A stretch of 64,000 nt of DNA from Macrostomum lignano (lineage: Eukaryota), in assembly GCA_002269645.1 (NCBI GenBank), contig NIVC01002278.1, positions 123,816 to 187,815 on the forward strand, read 5' to 3'. The notes below the pieces were generated by a model. The model had not been told where the DNA came from. It worked only from the letters and a program-made list of their open reading frames with translations, and did no database searches. Position 1 is the first letter of the stretch, and each line of letters starts with the position of its first letter. Below, piece after piece: positions 47,625 to 61,994 of the stretch. The position numbers were made by a program, and so were the translations under genes.

Positions 47625-47706
47625 GTCGCGATGGCCGAGTGGTTAAGGCGTTGGACTAGAAATCAAATGGGGTTTCCCCGCGCAGGTTCGAATCCTGCTT
47701 GCGACG
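47625..47706 (+). tRNA. tRNA-Ser(AGA)
   Basis: 82-nt cloverleaf with a long variable arm; acceptor stem GTCGCGA/TTGCGAC; anticodon loop CTAGAAA; TTC loop; downstream T-run terminator. One G:A mismatch in the anticodon stem. Confidence 0.88.
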
Positions 47707-48261
47707 AATTTTTTTATCAAATTTTTTAAATCCCGAATTTCAACATACCAAATGGTAACTAAAAAGATAAATTATTCATAAAAAACTATAGTAGTTTTTC
47801 AACATTTTATATTTGTAATAGCACTTTGTATTTCTCTGTTTTCTTAAAATTATGTAATACGAGCGTAATATCATACTATTACTACTACTTAGATAGTACA
47901 GTAGCTTAACTGCACAAGAAGTGAAAATCAAATATCTTCTGTAGATTCAGTCTGCTAAAGTCGAATTGTTTCGCGCCATTTTAATTTTTTTTTATTTTGC
48001 CTGTATGCAGTGTACACAATAATTCGTATTTTTCACGCTTCAAGCACGCACACTCCTCCAGTTTTTACGCATGCTTTTCACTCGTTTTTATGCCACCTAG
48101 TGAAAAACACCCTAAAGTATTACAACTTAATTCCTATACTGCATAATATGTTTATACATAAGAAACAATTAATAATAAAATATACAAATGAGCTTTGCAA
48201 TAAAATTATTCAAGATGAGTTAGTTTTTGGTTATTCGAGTGTCAAGGTCTGCAAGAGTCTG

Positions 48262-49515
48262 GAGTAAGACAGTCTACAACACCCTGTTGGAGAGCATGAC
48301 AGTCTGTGAAACACCCTGTTGGAGAGCATGACAGTCTGTGAAACACCCTGTTGGAGAGCATGACAGTCTGTAAAACACCCTGTTGGAGAGCATGACAGTC
48401 TGTGAAACACCCTGTTGGAGAGCATGACAGTCTGTAAAACACCCTGTTGGAGAGCATGAGTCTGTAAAACACCCTGTTGGAGAGCATGACAGTCTGTGAA
48501 ACACCCTGTTGGAGAGCATGACAGTCTGTAAAACACCCTGTTGGAGAGCATGAGTCTGTAAAACACCCTGTTGGAGAGCATGACAGTCTGTGAAACACCC
48601 TGTTGGAGAGCATGACAGTCTGTAAAACACCCTGTTGGAGAGCATGACAGTCTGTAAAACACCCTGTTGGAGAGCATGAGTCTGTAAAACACCCTGTTGG
48701 AGAGCATGACAGTCTGTGAAACACCCTGTTGGAGAGCATGAGTCTGTAAAACACCCTGTTGGAGAGCATGACAGTCTGTAAAACACCCTGTTGGAGAGCA
48801 TGACAGTCTGTAAAACACCCTGTTGGAGAGCATGACAGTCTGTAAAACACCCTGTTGGAGAGCATGACAGTCTGTGAAACACCCTGTTGGAGAGCATGAC
48901 AGTCTGTGAAACACCCTGTTGGAGAGCATGGCAGTCTGTGAAACACCCTGTTGGAGAGCATGACAGTCTGTGAAACACCCTGTTGGAGAGCATGGCAGTC
49001 TGTGAAACACCCTGTTGGAGAGCATGACAGTCTGTGAAACACCCTGTTGGAGAGCATGACAGTTTGTACAGCAGACTCTTGGAGATTCTGACAGTTTGTA
49101 CAGCAGACTCTTGGAGATTCTGACAGTTTGTACAGCAGACTCTTGGAGATTGTGACAGTTTGTACAGCAGACTCTTGGAGAGTATGACAGTTTGTACAGC
49201 AGACTCTTGGAGATTCTGACAGTTTGTACAGCAGACTCTTGGAGATTCTGACAGTTTGTACAGCAGACTCTTGGAGATTCTGACAGTTTGTACAGCAGAC
49301 TCTTGGAGAGTATGACAGTTTGTACAGCAGACTCTTGGAGATTCTGACAGTTTGTACAGCAGACTCTTGGAGATTCTGACAGTTTGTACAGCAGACTCTT
49401 GGAGATTCTGACAGTTTGTACAGCAGACTCTTGGAGATTCTGACAGTTTGTACAGCAGACTCTTGGAGATTCTGACAGTTTGTACTGCAGACTGTTGGAG
49501 AGTATGACAGTCTGT
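48262..49515. repeat. 32-bp minisatellite in two blocks
   Basis: gacagtctgtgaaacaccctgttggagagcat up to about 49060, then gacagtttgtacagcagactcttggagattct. Confidence 0.96.
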
Positions 49516-49766
49516 ATAAGAAACAAAAAAGAAAAAAGAACCAAACGCGGGCAAAAGCAGCCCGAGTAGCTTTTTTTTTCATCCAACAAACAGCACAATG
49601 GCTCTTCATATTCAGCTCGGCAAAACCAAGTGTATTTTTAGAGCAAGTGTCACTAGGCACTGCTGACGGTCAACAGTGAACGCACGAAGCAGACAATTAC
49701 TAGTTATGGACTTTAGAAAAGTCCAGAAACACTCCACAGACTGTCTTTTCCCATTCTGTCAATCAA

Positions 49767-51391
49767 TTATTCCTTCTTAATGTGACGCTTCTTGTTTGGC
49801 TTGCGAAATCGAAGCGCGTTCGGCTTGGCCTTGGCCTCCTTGCGGATTTTACCGGCCGCCAGGGCGATGATGCTGTTGCGGATCTGTTGGGGAGAGTTGA
49901 AAGGATTATATGTATGCACGTCTATTTTCAATGCAAGTGGATTACAGATGACTGTTAATTTAATTTGATTAATGTGGGCGATTCTTGAAACAATGGGATT
50001 AGACTTTTAATCCGATCGGATTAGTGGGAGCGATTCTTGAAACAATGGGATTAGACTTTTAATCCGATCAGATTAGTGGGAGGCGATTCTTGAAACAATG
50101 GGATTAGACTTTTAATCTGATGGGATTAGTGGCGGCGATTCTTGAAACAATGGGATTAGACTTTTAATCCGATCAGATTAGTGGGAGGCGATTCTTGAAA
50201 CAATGGGATTAGACTTTTAATCTGATGGGATTAGTGGCGGCGATTCTTGAAACAATGGGATTAGACTTTTAATCTGATGGGATTAGTGGCGGCGATTCTT
50301 GAAACAATGGGATTAGACTTTTAATCCGATCGGATTAGTGGCGGCGATTCTTGAAACAATGGGATTAGACTTTTAATCCGATCAGATTAGTGGCGGCGAT
50401 TCTTGAAACAATGGGATTAGACTTTTAATCTGATGGGATTAGTGGCGGCGATTCTTGAAACAATGGGATTAGACTTTTAATCCGATCAGATTAGTGGGAG
50501 GCGATTCTTGAAACAATGGGATTAGACTTTTAATCCGATGGAATTAGTGGCGGCGATTCTTGAAACAATGGGATTAGACTTTTAATCCGATCGGATTAGT
50601 GGCGGCGATTCTTGAAACAATGGGATTAGACTTTTAATCCGATCGGATTAGTGGGAGGCGATTCTTGAAACAATTGGATTAGACTTTAAATCCGATCAGA
50701 TTAGTGGGAGGCGATTATTGAAACAATGGGATCAAACCTTTAAACCGATGGGGTTAGTGGGGCCGATTCTTGAAACAATGGGATTAGACTTTTAATCCGA
50801 TGGGATTAGTGGTGCCGATTCTTAAAAACAGAGGGATTAGAGACTTTTAATAGGATGGGATTAGTGGAGGCGATTGCTAGTAACAATGGGATTAAGGGTC
50901 CATACTGAATCCTTGGGGGTTCGAATTTTAATCTCAAATGGGTTATAGTGAAGATTCTATAAATAGAGTCGAACTAATTCCCCCGTCAAATACATATGGC
51001 AACAAGGCAAAATGGTTAAGCAGTGCAAGCCGCTAACCTGCTTCGCGCGAGCCAGTTTAAACCGGTCGAAGTCGCTCATGTTAGTACGCAGGCGGCGAGC
51101 CTCCAGCTTCTTAGCCCAGCTGGTCTCCTTCCACTTCTCGTCCAGCTTAGCGGCCGTCCATTTCCGCCTGACAACAGCGGTGCGAGCTGAGTGCGGCAGG
51201 TCGATACAGAATCTAGTCAGGTGCAGGCGCTTCATGTCGCACACCTGCCGGCGAACGCCGCTGCACGGACCGTCAATCAGGACTCGGTTCTGGTCGATAA
51301 TTTCAGCGATTGCGCACACCTTGCCAGAGTCTTTGCCGTTGGCAATGAAGGCCACGCGGCCGACCTCGATGAATTTATCGAGCTTGCCCAT
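49767..51391 (-). CDS. RPL14: 60S ribosomal protein L14, 2 coding exons
   Basis: Exon 51391-51038 (FIEVGRVAF...DQNRVLIDGP...MSDFDRFK) and exon 49883-49767 (IRNSII...KKE*), with GT/AG in phase 0. Confidence 0.95.
49975..50895. repeat. 52-53-bp minisatellite in the RPL14 intron
   Basis: Unit ggcgattcttgaaacaatgggattagacttttaatccgatcggattagtggc. Confidence 0.95.
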
Positions 51392-51484
51392 TTCGAGCTA
51401 CCTTGCCAGCATGCAAATAAGCGTACAATAAAAGCATATATTAGCAATTACTTAAAGTAATTTTAAATTATTAAATAATAAACA

Positions 51485-52292
51485 CGAGGATCTGTGAGAC
51501 CAGGGATCTATCACGAGGCTCTGTGAGAGCAGGGATCTATCACGGGATCTGAGAGCAGGGATCTATCACGAGGCTCTGTGAGAGCAGGAATCTATCACGA
51601 GGATCTGTGAGAGCAGGGATTTAGCACGAGGATCTGTGAGAGCAGGGATCTAGCACGAGGATCTGTGAGAGCAGGGATCTATCACGGGATCTGAGAGCAG
51701 GGATCTATCACGAGGCTCTGTGAGAGCAGGAATCTATCACGAGGATCTGTGAGAGCAGGGATCTAGCACGAGGATCTGTGAGAGCAGGGATCTAGCACGA
51801 GGATCTGTGAGAGCAGGGATCTATCACGAGGCTCTGTGAGAGCAGGGATCTGTGAGAGCAGGAATCTATCACGAGGATCTGTGAGAGCAGGAATCTATCA
51901 CGAGGATCTGTGAGAGCAGGGATCTAGCACGAGACTCTGTGAGAGCAGGGATCTGTGAGAGCAGGGATCCATCACGAGGATCTGTGAGAGCAGGGATCTG
52001 TGAGAGCAGGGATCCATCACGAGGATCTGTGAGAGCAGGGATCTGTGAGAGCAGGAATCTATCACGAGGATCTGTGAGAGCAGGGATCTGTGAGAGCAGG
52101 GATCTGTGAGAGCAGGGATCTATCACGAGGATCTGTGAGAGCAGGGATCTATCACGAGGATCTGTGAGAGCAGGGATTTATCACGAGGCTCTGTGAGAGC
52201 AGGGATCTGTGAGAGCAGGAATCTATCACGAGGATCTGTGAGAGCAGGGATTTAGCACGAGACTCTGTGAGAGCAGGGATCTAGCACGAGGA
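51485..52292. repeat. 29/17-bp minisatellite between RPS27A and RPL14
   Basis: Unit acgaggatctgtgagagcagggatctatc with 17-bp subunits. Confidence 0.95.
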
Positions 52293-52553
52293 TGGAAAAG
52301 AAGGATCTAACACAAATTCTGATAAGCTGAAGCATGCAACGAGAGGATCTAGATTGAGAACTAATCGGGAACAATCTAAAGCCAGTTAAAATATAAACAC
52401 TCATAACGAAAAACTTCTATCCAAACGCTTCAAGCCAACTGTGCATAGTGCATAGGCTTTTTCAGTTTAAAAGAACAGCTTTTATTTATGCGCGAAAAAC
52501 TCGACACTGCCATCAATCACTCTCCAGTTACTTGGTTGAAATCGTCCCGGGAT

Positions 52554-53099
<546 letters not shown>

Positions 53100-56000
53100 T
53101 TATACCTGTAGGCATGAAAACTACATAAAAAGGTGCATGAGCCTTAGCCACGCACTTTTGATCTTTTTTTTCATAACAACTTTATAAATAAAAAGTGGTT
53201 GCATATATAGCAACAATCCTGAATCCCAGTCTAAATAGTTTTCTCCTACATCTAAATTTCAGGACTAAGGCTGCACTTCATGACATCCCAATGTGTCAGA
53301 TAAATGTAGTTTGGTCCTGGCAAGGCAATTTGGCCTAGAAATGTAGCCCTACAAGCACAAAATTCTGAAAATTCACAAACAAAAACGTATTTGGATCATT
53401 TGTCAAAGGGCCTCCAAATTGCCATTATTGCTTTTTTATGTGAGGAGATATCCAAGGTTTGCTAGACTCCTGGCAAGCAAGAGTTTGTGCAAATTGATGA
53501 TAAGATGCGGCAAAAAATGATACCTATGAGTCTTTGTGAGTGCTACCAGCAGAGTCCAATTTATATATTTATCATTCAATTTTGCTAGCATTTGTGCAGT
53601 ATACATTGTATGCCCCTCATATTTTGCATGTACCCTTAACATTGTAAACATTACTGCAACAGGTTCTTTTGAACTACCTAAAGGCAAGGTGGCTACATAG
53701 ACTTACATCACAGCACAAATGGCAACAAAGTGACCTGCTGTTGGCCAACCTCCTACCCTACCCAACCTCAAGCCATCAGTACCCCCTACTGGCCCAAGTA
53801 GGACTAGTACCACATCATCACTTCTGCCTTGGCTGCTTCATAGACCAGGCACACTTCCAGGTAAGGTTAACTGAACCCAACAGTACTTATATATGAAAAA
53901 TATGGCATATTTAGACATTGAGCTCCCTAGGTTTACTAATTTTAACAATTCTGATTTTAATAATTTTTAACTACTTAGAATATATAATAACTTATGCATG
54001 TAGCAACTATGCTGATACAAATGACTACAAAAGTACAAAATCTACACTATGCTTATACTTATTTTTATAGTAAACTTAATGTTTCCTAATGCCTAACTTC
54101 ATTCAATAGGGTATCAAAAAAATTAAGTTGTTGGCTAAGTTTCTTCTAGATTACCATAAAGATGTCTTGCCTATCTATGTAGCAGGAATGAGTCTAATAA
54201 CAATCAAGCTGACTATAGTTCTAGCACAACAGAGATCCTTACTTTTAGGGCTATAGGTTTAAGTGCCTATTTTCTTTATAATCTAAAGTCCTAGATGGCT
54301 AGATATATACAAATAGATAGTTTATATTATATAAAGGGTATAATAAATGTCTCTATCTAATTAGGTTGTTTGGCTATTAATTTATTCATGATAGTTACAT
54401 TTTTAATAAACCAATTATACTACAAATGGGTATATATGAAAACTTATTTTAATAGAGGCTATTGCCAAATTGTTTTATGGAATAATGCACTCTTAGCAAA
54501 AAGTATGGTGGGCAAAGCAACAAGGTCCTATAGCACCATACTAAGCTGAAGTGCATACTGCCTCCCTTGGGTAAAAATGCCTATATTAAGCCATTCTTAG
54601 ACAAGACAATATGCTATATTTTAAGGGTAATATGATATGAAGTGTAGCATCTATAAGTACTATATACTATGCTTTATTAGGCTATACCATGTACTATATA
54701 ATAAGCAAAGTGGTGGATCAGCCAAAGGACCTAACATTGTACAGCAAATGTTTTGGCATAGCAAATAATTATACTTGTATAACATTTTATACACAAGTAT
54801 AAAAAGAAAAAATGAAATTTGTGCATTTTTGCTAAAATTTAAAATTGTTAAAAACATGAAAATCAGTTTTGGGTTATCAAATAGTTATCAGATTTTATGA
54901 TTATAAATTATAATGCAGAGACAAATATTATGACTCTTATTTATAGTAGGGCATAATTTAGAGGCAGAATTTAAACAAGATATATTTGCTTTTTTATTAC
55001 TATCAATAGTTTTGGCCAATGAAAGTAATTATAATGGGGTAGATAGCAAATTTTGGGCTTCTTTATAATTATAAAGCAGTTGAGATTCAGAGAAAAGCAT
55101 TGCATTGTCTTCCATGTGTGGTTTTTTAATTTCTAAATTTCTATCAAAGAACTCAAGATAAAAGAGGAAGATAGGGAACTAAAAATAGGAAATGCACAGA
55201 GTTTTGCACAGAAGAGTCTTGCCTCTAAAACTGGGAGTCTTGCCTAAGCACTTAAGGGAAACATAATATTAAATATAAAACAAACCACATGTATATTAAA
55301 CATTTCTTTTTTAGTTGTTAAACTTGTATTACAACTTAATATTACATTGGTGTCCTGACTCAATCCTTTAACATTAACAATACTAGGGTTAGGGACTATC
55401 AAGAACCTGGTAATAGCATTTTACCAATTCAAATCCACTAGAATAATAAACCAGTAGCATAAACTGCAAACCACAATAATCTATAGTGATAATGTATTTT
55501 TTGGTGCATGTCATATACCAAAATATTAAACATATTCACCAAAACCCAAAATCACTTTTTGAATAACAATATGTACACTAAATTTCTTAAATGTGCCCTA
55601 GAAATTTCTGGTATACATGCCTTTTTCTAGACTTTTCTTGGGTTTTTGTTTTCTTTTGTTTTGCATGCTTTTTGCAATTACGAGTATTACTTTTGTTTGC
55701 TGAACCACTTGTGGCCTCATGGCATGTCCAATGCAATGATAACTACTTATGTGTGTCCTATTTAAAATTGTGTATTGGTTGTAACTTTTAACTTTCTGTT
55801 TACTTCTACAACTTTTTCTAGTTTTCCTATTTTTGTTTGGACTATTTAACCACAGTCCAGATCATGGAAAGCATATGTCAGAATAAAGAATTCTTGTTTT
55901 GGTTATTTTGCAAACATAAAATAAAAAAATTTACATTGAGTCCTGAGTTGTTTATACACTATTTTTTAAAAGAATATGTACTATTAGAAATAAAGGAGTT

Positions 56001-56740
56001 CTAAACTTTAAAACTACCGTTTTTTTGCTAAAAAAACTGATATTGCGGAAGGTTTTCTGTGTACACTAGACATATTTTCATTAAATTTTCAATTGTACAT
56101 CAACAAATATTAAATGTATGCCAACTTAAAAAACAGTAAAAAAATGAAGAATATTTAAATTAAAAATTGTATTACAAAAAAGTGATAATGACATGACGAT
56201 TATTGTGACAATACTGGTAATTAAAATGATTAGTAAATGAGAAAATAGTAGCAAAAAGAACAGTTTTTGAAATAACTTAACATAGAAAAATGCACAAAAA
56301 ATCTTTATATTAATTTGTACACCAGTCTTTTATGCCACACTGTATACAGCTAAGAAATGTATGCCGGTATATGCCACAGAACTCAAGTATATGCCGGAAA
56401 ATTCTAGTGTATATCTCTCCTTCTGCAATATAGCCTGAATATTCTATATACCAAGTGTATGCCAAGATTGTTAGCAAAAGCAAAAATATGCTAGAATTTT
56501 TTGTCATAAAGGCCACTTTCCAGACTATGGCTGCTTAGTAGTACTTAAGTAACCTTTTATTAAACTTAAACTATACCAACTTTCAAATTACTTTATTCCT
56601 AACTAAAGCTTTGCTAGGAGTCTTGTACATGGCCACTTGACTGAATTTAATATAAGACTCTTATTAGGAGTCTTAAGCTAATAATATTTAAACATGTTTA
56701 TTATTGGATCAATAATAAATCTAGCTACTCAATCTTAAGT

Positions 56741-57556
56741 GGGAGTGCTTATTTAGCCGGCACCGGCCGAATAAGTTCGCTACTATTTAGCCGGCAGTCC
56801 TGCCCCACTGCCGGTCAAATAAGCTCGTCACTATTTAGCCGGCAGTCCTGCCCCACTGCCGGTCAAATAATTGCGTCACTATTTAGCCGGCAATCCTGGC
56901 CCCCAATGGCCACGCCCATATATATATTTATTTGAGATATTTAAACTTTGGGCAATACAAAGTATAGGTAAAGCGAATATAAATCAATGCAGATTCAGTA
57001 CAATTTATTACTTGCCTTCAAGTTTGTTTAATTGTTTCTGGAAGTCTTGCATATTCCGGAAATTATTTGTAGCAGCAGAAGACACATTAACAATTAAAAA
57101 ATTAATTATGCATGTTTTACTTTCACTTTAATCTATGAATCAAAAAACTCCAAAATTGTCGGATTAATAATTAGCTTGTGTATGTTAAATTATTAATTTA
57201 AGGTCATGACGAGCAGTGCGCAGTTATAAAATGTATAAATGTATTTTGACCAGCGTGGCCATTGGGGCCAGGACTGCCGGCTAAATAGTGACGCAATTAT
57301 TTGACCGGCAGTGGGGCAGGACTGCCGGCTAAATAGTGACGCAATTATTTGACCGGCAGTGGGGCAGGACTGCTGGCTAAATAGTGACGCGCTTATTTGA
57401 CTGGCAGTGGGGCAGGACTGCCGGCTAAATAGTGACGAGCTTATTTGACCGGCAGTGGGGCAGGACTGCCGGCTAAAAAGTGACGAGCTTATTCGGCCGG
57501 TGCCGGCTAAATAGTAGCAAACTTATTCGACCGGTGCCGGCTAAATAAGCACTGCC
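56741..57556. mobile_element. Mutator/Foldback-type non-autonomous DNA transposon
   Basis: 9-bp TSD atcttaagt at 56732-56740 and 57557-57565; long TIRs built from 48-bp tandem units. Confidence 0.85.
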
Positions 57557-60517
57557 ATCTTAAGTAATTTGTCTATTAGGTAAAAAATAACCAAGTAATC
57601 TCTATTTTGAACAAGCTCTAAGAATCTAACATTTTATAACATAATTTATAATGGTAGCAACACTATGCAACTCTTAGAAAACATTAACAAATTTCAATGT
57701 ATATTAAGTTAATGGTATCTAAGGATCCCAAATTGAACAACTTATGCTTATACATATATAACTACTAGCCAAAATTGTGGTAGACCAGGGTTAAGTTGCC
57801 AAAAAGGGCCAAGAGAATAGACAGAATACTAATTAGATAACAAGGCATTTAGCCTTATAAGATAGTCATAGTTATTCCTATTATTTAAAAAAATTGCTGC
57901 ATGGTCAATGGTTTCTTTTATACTTATGTTGCATTTTTGGTCAAAAAGTAAATCAAATGGCCAGTGTAAATCAGGGGGTGAGCATATGTGTGCCTGTTAA
58001 AGACCACTTAACTACAATCATTATTATCCTACCTACCAGGATGGAATTTTTAAATGAGATAAAATCTTGGGCACATTCTGTGCATGCTGAAAAAATTTGC
58101 ACACTTGCACGCACATTTTTGACAAACTTGCACAACTTAAAAAGGTTCATGGGTCCGCAGCTTATTGTAGCCATTTGTAGGGACTTAAGTGAGGTTACCA
58201 TAAGCTGATAATTACACAAAAAATTGTAAAAGTGTTTTTTTAAAGAAATTGCTAAGCAAAGAAAACGTTTTTAGTAAAAACAAAATCTACACGTTAAAGA
58301 AGAGTCTATACTCGTTCTAATTAGATATAGAAACAAAACTTATATACATTACATGCTGAGTATTGTACCACTGAACTTTGTCTTATTTTGTTTCTCGTTT
58401 TGTTGAAAAGCCAAATTGTCGTAGATTTTAATTTAAAAAGCATTAAATAAAACAAATCAAAAAACTTTGTTTAGTAAGCTTTTAATGAATAAATTGCAGC
58501 GCGTTAAATGCCTGCTATCACAGTTTTATTAAGATCAAAACGTCCATGAAGTTATTTTCGCTTTTTGAATTCGTCTTGTGAGCAATATCTCTGTGAAGCT
58601 ACGTGTAAAACTTGATATACTTAAACCTTCTAAATCTAATGATTAAAGATGATAAACGATGTGGATATGCTAATGAAAATATAATATATTGTGACGAATA
58701 AAGGCGGGAAGACGTACGACTTGTGTAGCGGTTAAATTTAATAATCTAGAGCCAGCAGCTGACTTCCCTTAGCGTAAATTGCAGATATCAGATTTGGTAT
58801 GTTTAATTAAATGTTAGGTTTGGATTGGTAGCTGCTTAATTTTAGTGCGACTAAAGCAATTGAATGCGACGGCTAAGGGGCCCGCGAGAAGCGGAGCGAA
58901 AACCCAGGAGAGAAGGGAGAGAGCGGCGGCTGACTGCAAGCGTATATTTAATTGGTAAGGTAAACAGATAACAAACAACATCCCTAATCCAAAATCCAGA
59001 CAAACCCCTCACGCGGCGGGAAATGTACTTGTACAAATTAATCGATTAATTAATATATCGGGTAAGAATAACATACGCCAGTACATGTACATAGGTAGAT
59101 CTACTGTACGAGAAATAATAACGATATGAATGAAATACAACTAATAGAATAAATACATACGAGGCTACAAAAACAAAGCAATTAACTGTAACATTAGCGC
59201 AATAATAATGCGTATAGAATATTGTTAAAATAAATTTAAAAATACAAGTACGTAGTATGCATGCAATGCGAGATAAGGAAGTACGATCAGATGATTCTAT
59301 GAATTACACTGTCACAATATTATGGAATTTTTTCACATCTCTATAGGAATCAAGAGTGCCATCTATGAGTGTATAGGCCTTCTTTTGCTTTTTACTATTT
59401 TTTTAGTCTCAGCATAACAAAGTATGAATCACGAAACCTAGTTTTTTTGCCTTAAATACCTCTCACTGCATCTACAGACCTCTACTGCGAGCCTCAAAGC
59501 AAGATTGAAATAAGAGCACAGGTTTTTAACCACTTGTGATGAAAGCAGGCTAGCTATCTAAATAAAATAATAATGTTGTTTGCTTTACCGAGTCTACCAG
59601 TGAGAATTAGGCATCAGGATATTCTAACAATGGTCATCTTTTAAATGTAAAACTCAACGAAAAAAATTGGATGAAACAGTTTTTACGCAAGGTGATAAAA
59701 GCTAGAAAAATTTAAAACTATTTTTTATTTTCCGGTAATTTCGTTCAATACAACTTTCTACGAAATTCGAGCTAATTATGCGAAAAGTCTCGAATAAGCA
59801 AACCAATGACCATTTACACGATCAATGTAAAAAAGAAATCAAATTTTGTATACAAACGGTGCGACCACATTGAATTTGGTTATTTTTGATTGCGGTGTGA
59901 ACAAGCCTTTTAGGACTTGCAAAACGTAGATTAATAGAATCGACAACGACATGCTTCAATGAAAAGAACCCATAGGCCATAGCCGCATAAGCATAGTCCT
60001 TCGGCCTATAGGGCCTACTGTCCTTACACTACATAAAAATAAGAGCACAGTAATGACACTAGTTAAGTTTATTTGCAACATTAGCTAAATGACTAAAGCA
60101 AGCTTAAAAAATTGGACTACTGTACTGAGACTGACAGAAGCCTTGCCTTTGGTCTTAATTATTATTGTCTTGTCTTGAAACAAAAATTATTAATTTAGGA
60201 AATCAATTCAATAATCAAATTTCAAGCCAAAACCTCTACTTACTATGGCATAATTGGTTAAATATTATCAAAAAGTATTCAATAGGTCATTTACTTAAAA
60301 AAACAGATTTTCAAATTGCAATTAAACTAGGCCTAATTAATATAAAGCTAGGCCTTTTTATAAAATTTTTATATCATTTAGATAATTTTAATTAATATGT
60401 ATTTCAATTTTGAACTAAGACCCCACCCCTAATAGGCCTACACAGTCTAGAAAAGAGTGTAGAGTATAATATACCATTTTAATTTATACTTGGAAATGTA
60501 TTTAAATTATTTTAAGC

Positions 60518-60628
60518 CTATCCTGTAGTTTCGCACGTTAAATTATTACCCCCACCCCCCCCCACCACCCTTGAATAGAGGGCGAAATAATTCCGTAAAA
60601 TAATTTAACGTGCGAAACTACAGGATAG
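60518..60628. mobile_element. MITE-like element with a perfect 30-bp inverted repeat
   Basis: ctatcctgtagtttcgcacgttaaattatt (60518-60547) and its exact reverse complement (60599-60628). Confidence 0.7.
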
Positions 60629-61994
60629 CCTATTTTAAACCCATAGTCAAGATCATGTCATGGTATACGCTGGAATAAAAAGTCCCCTAAAAAAATCTAC
60701 GCCACTTTATACTGAAATGTATGCCAAGGTCCAAGGAACTTACGCTAGGTTTTCTAGGCTTTGTGACAATAAATGACCTTTTTTGCGTGTTATACATTTT
60801 AACAATAAAAATTTAACAAATGTGTGGTTTTCCTTTAAAGTAAATTGGCTTACAGATAATGCCAACAAAAATCAATTTTTTGTTTAAGTTTTTTTAGAAA
60901 ATCAACACGAATAGTTTGCGTGGAATTTTAAATTTTTATAAATCATAAACAGTTATGAACTTTCATCTTTGCTTACTAGTTTTATGGTTTTTATGATTTT
61001 CTAATAAGATTCTGAGGTTACGGCATTATGCCAACAATTGTTAATATTAACTTTGACGTGAAGGTTGGAGTTGGCATATGCTGCTTGGTGTATTTACAAC
61101 ATGGCATCACACCAAAAGGTACACCAAATATATTTTTTATGCCAATTGTACGCCGGAAATTTCTGGCATAATATACATCATCCTGACTATAGTTTCAAAT
61201 ATATAATATGTTTATAATATAATATTAATATTGATTATTGTATTCAATCCAATGAAATGATCTAGCCTATATATATTTAAGTTTTTTTTTAATGAATATT
61301 GTTGAAGTATAACTTATAAGAAAATAAATAAGCATAGAGTTCTAGGCCCCTAGTTGTTTTTTCTAAACTATTGTTGGCCATATATTGCTAGTAGCTATAC
61401 TGGTTCTATGAGAATTGCCTATAGACAAATTGACTGCCAAGCTTTTCTTGCCAAGATTTGCCTATAGTGCATTTTGCCCATAAGTAAATTGCCTGTGGTG
61501 ATTTGTCTACCTAGGCTAGAATTGCCTGCCAAGTTTTTTTCTGCCAAGGTTTGCCTCCAATGTTTTTTCCTGCAGTGCATTAATGCATTAGCTACATATG
61601 GTAGATTTTGTTTGCATTACCTCTCTAATGCTTAATAAGTTTTAATAAAGAGATTTTCTTAACTTAATCAAAATATTTTTTTAGTAATTGCATATCAAAT
61701 GCATATTTTTAAGACTAAATTATATTTAAGTTTATAAAAAATATGTATATTTTATATTTATAAAAAATTTCTTAATGATTTTGTATAAAACTTCATATCT
61801 TTGCCTATTTGACTATTGAGGCAGAAGGCCTTTTAGTTCAATAGATATAATGGCAGCAAAGATTTTGCGCTACTTTGCGCATATATTTATTTACACAAAC
61901 AGTGTGATATTAAAAGGCCTAGGGAAGTGCAAAAAGGTGGCATGGCATGATAGGCTATGCCAACTCTCCTAGCTTAGCAAGCCAGCTATACAAA

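Noticed and set aside
48231-49660. Three 426-472-aa Cys-rich ORFs
   Set aside because: All three minus frames are open because the 32-bp unit lacks stops on that strand; a repeat artefact.
51408-51424. Genomic copy of a spliced-leader 3' end upstream of RPL14 (ttatttgcatg)
   Set aside because: Only about 10 nt of resemblance to a recalled sequence; equally an octamer motif or chance.
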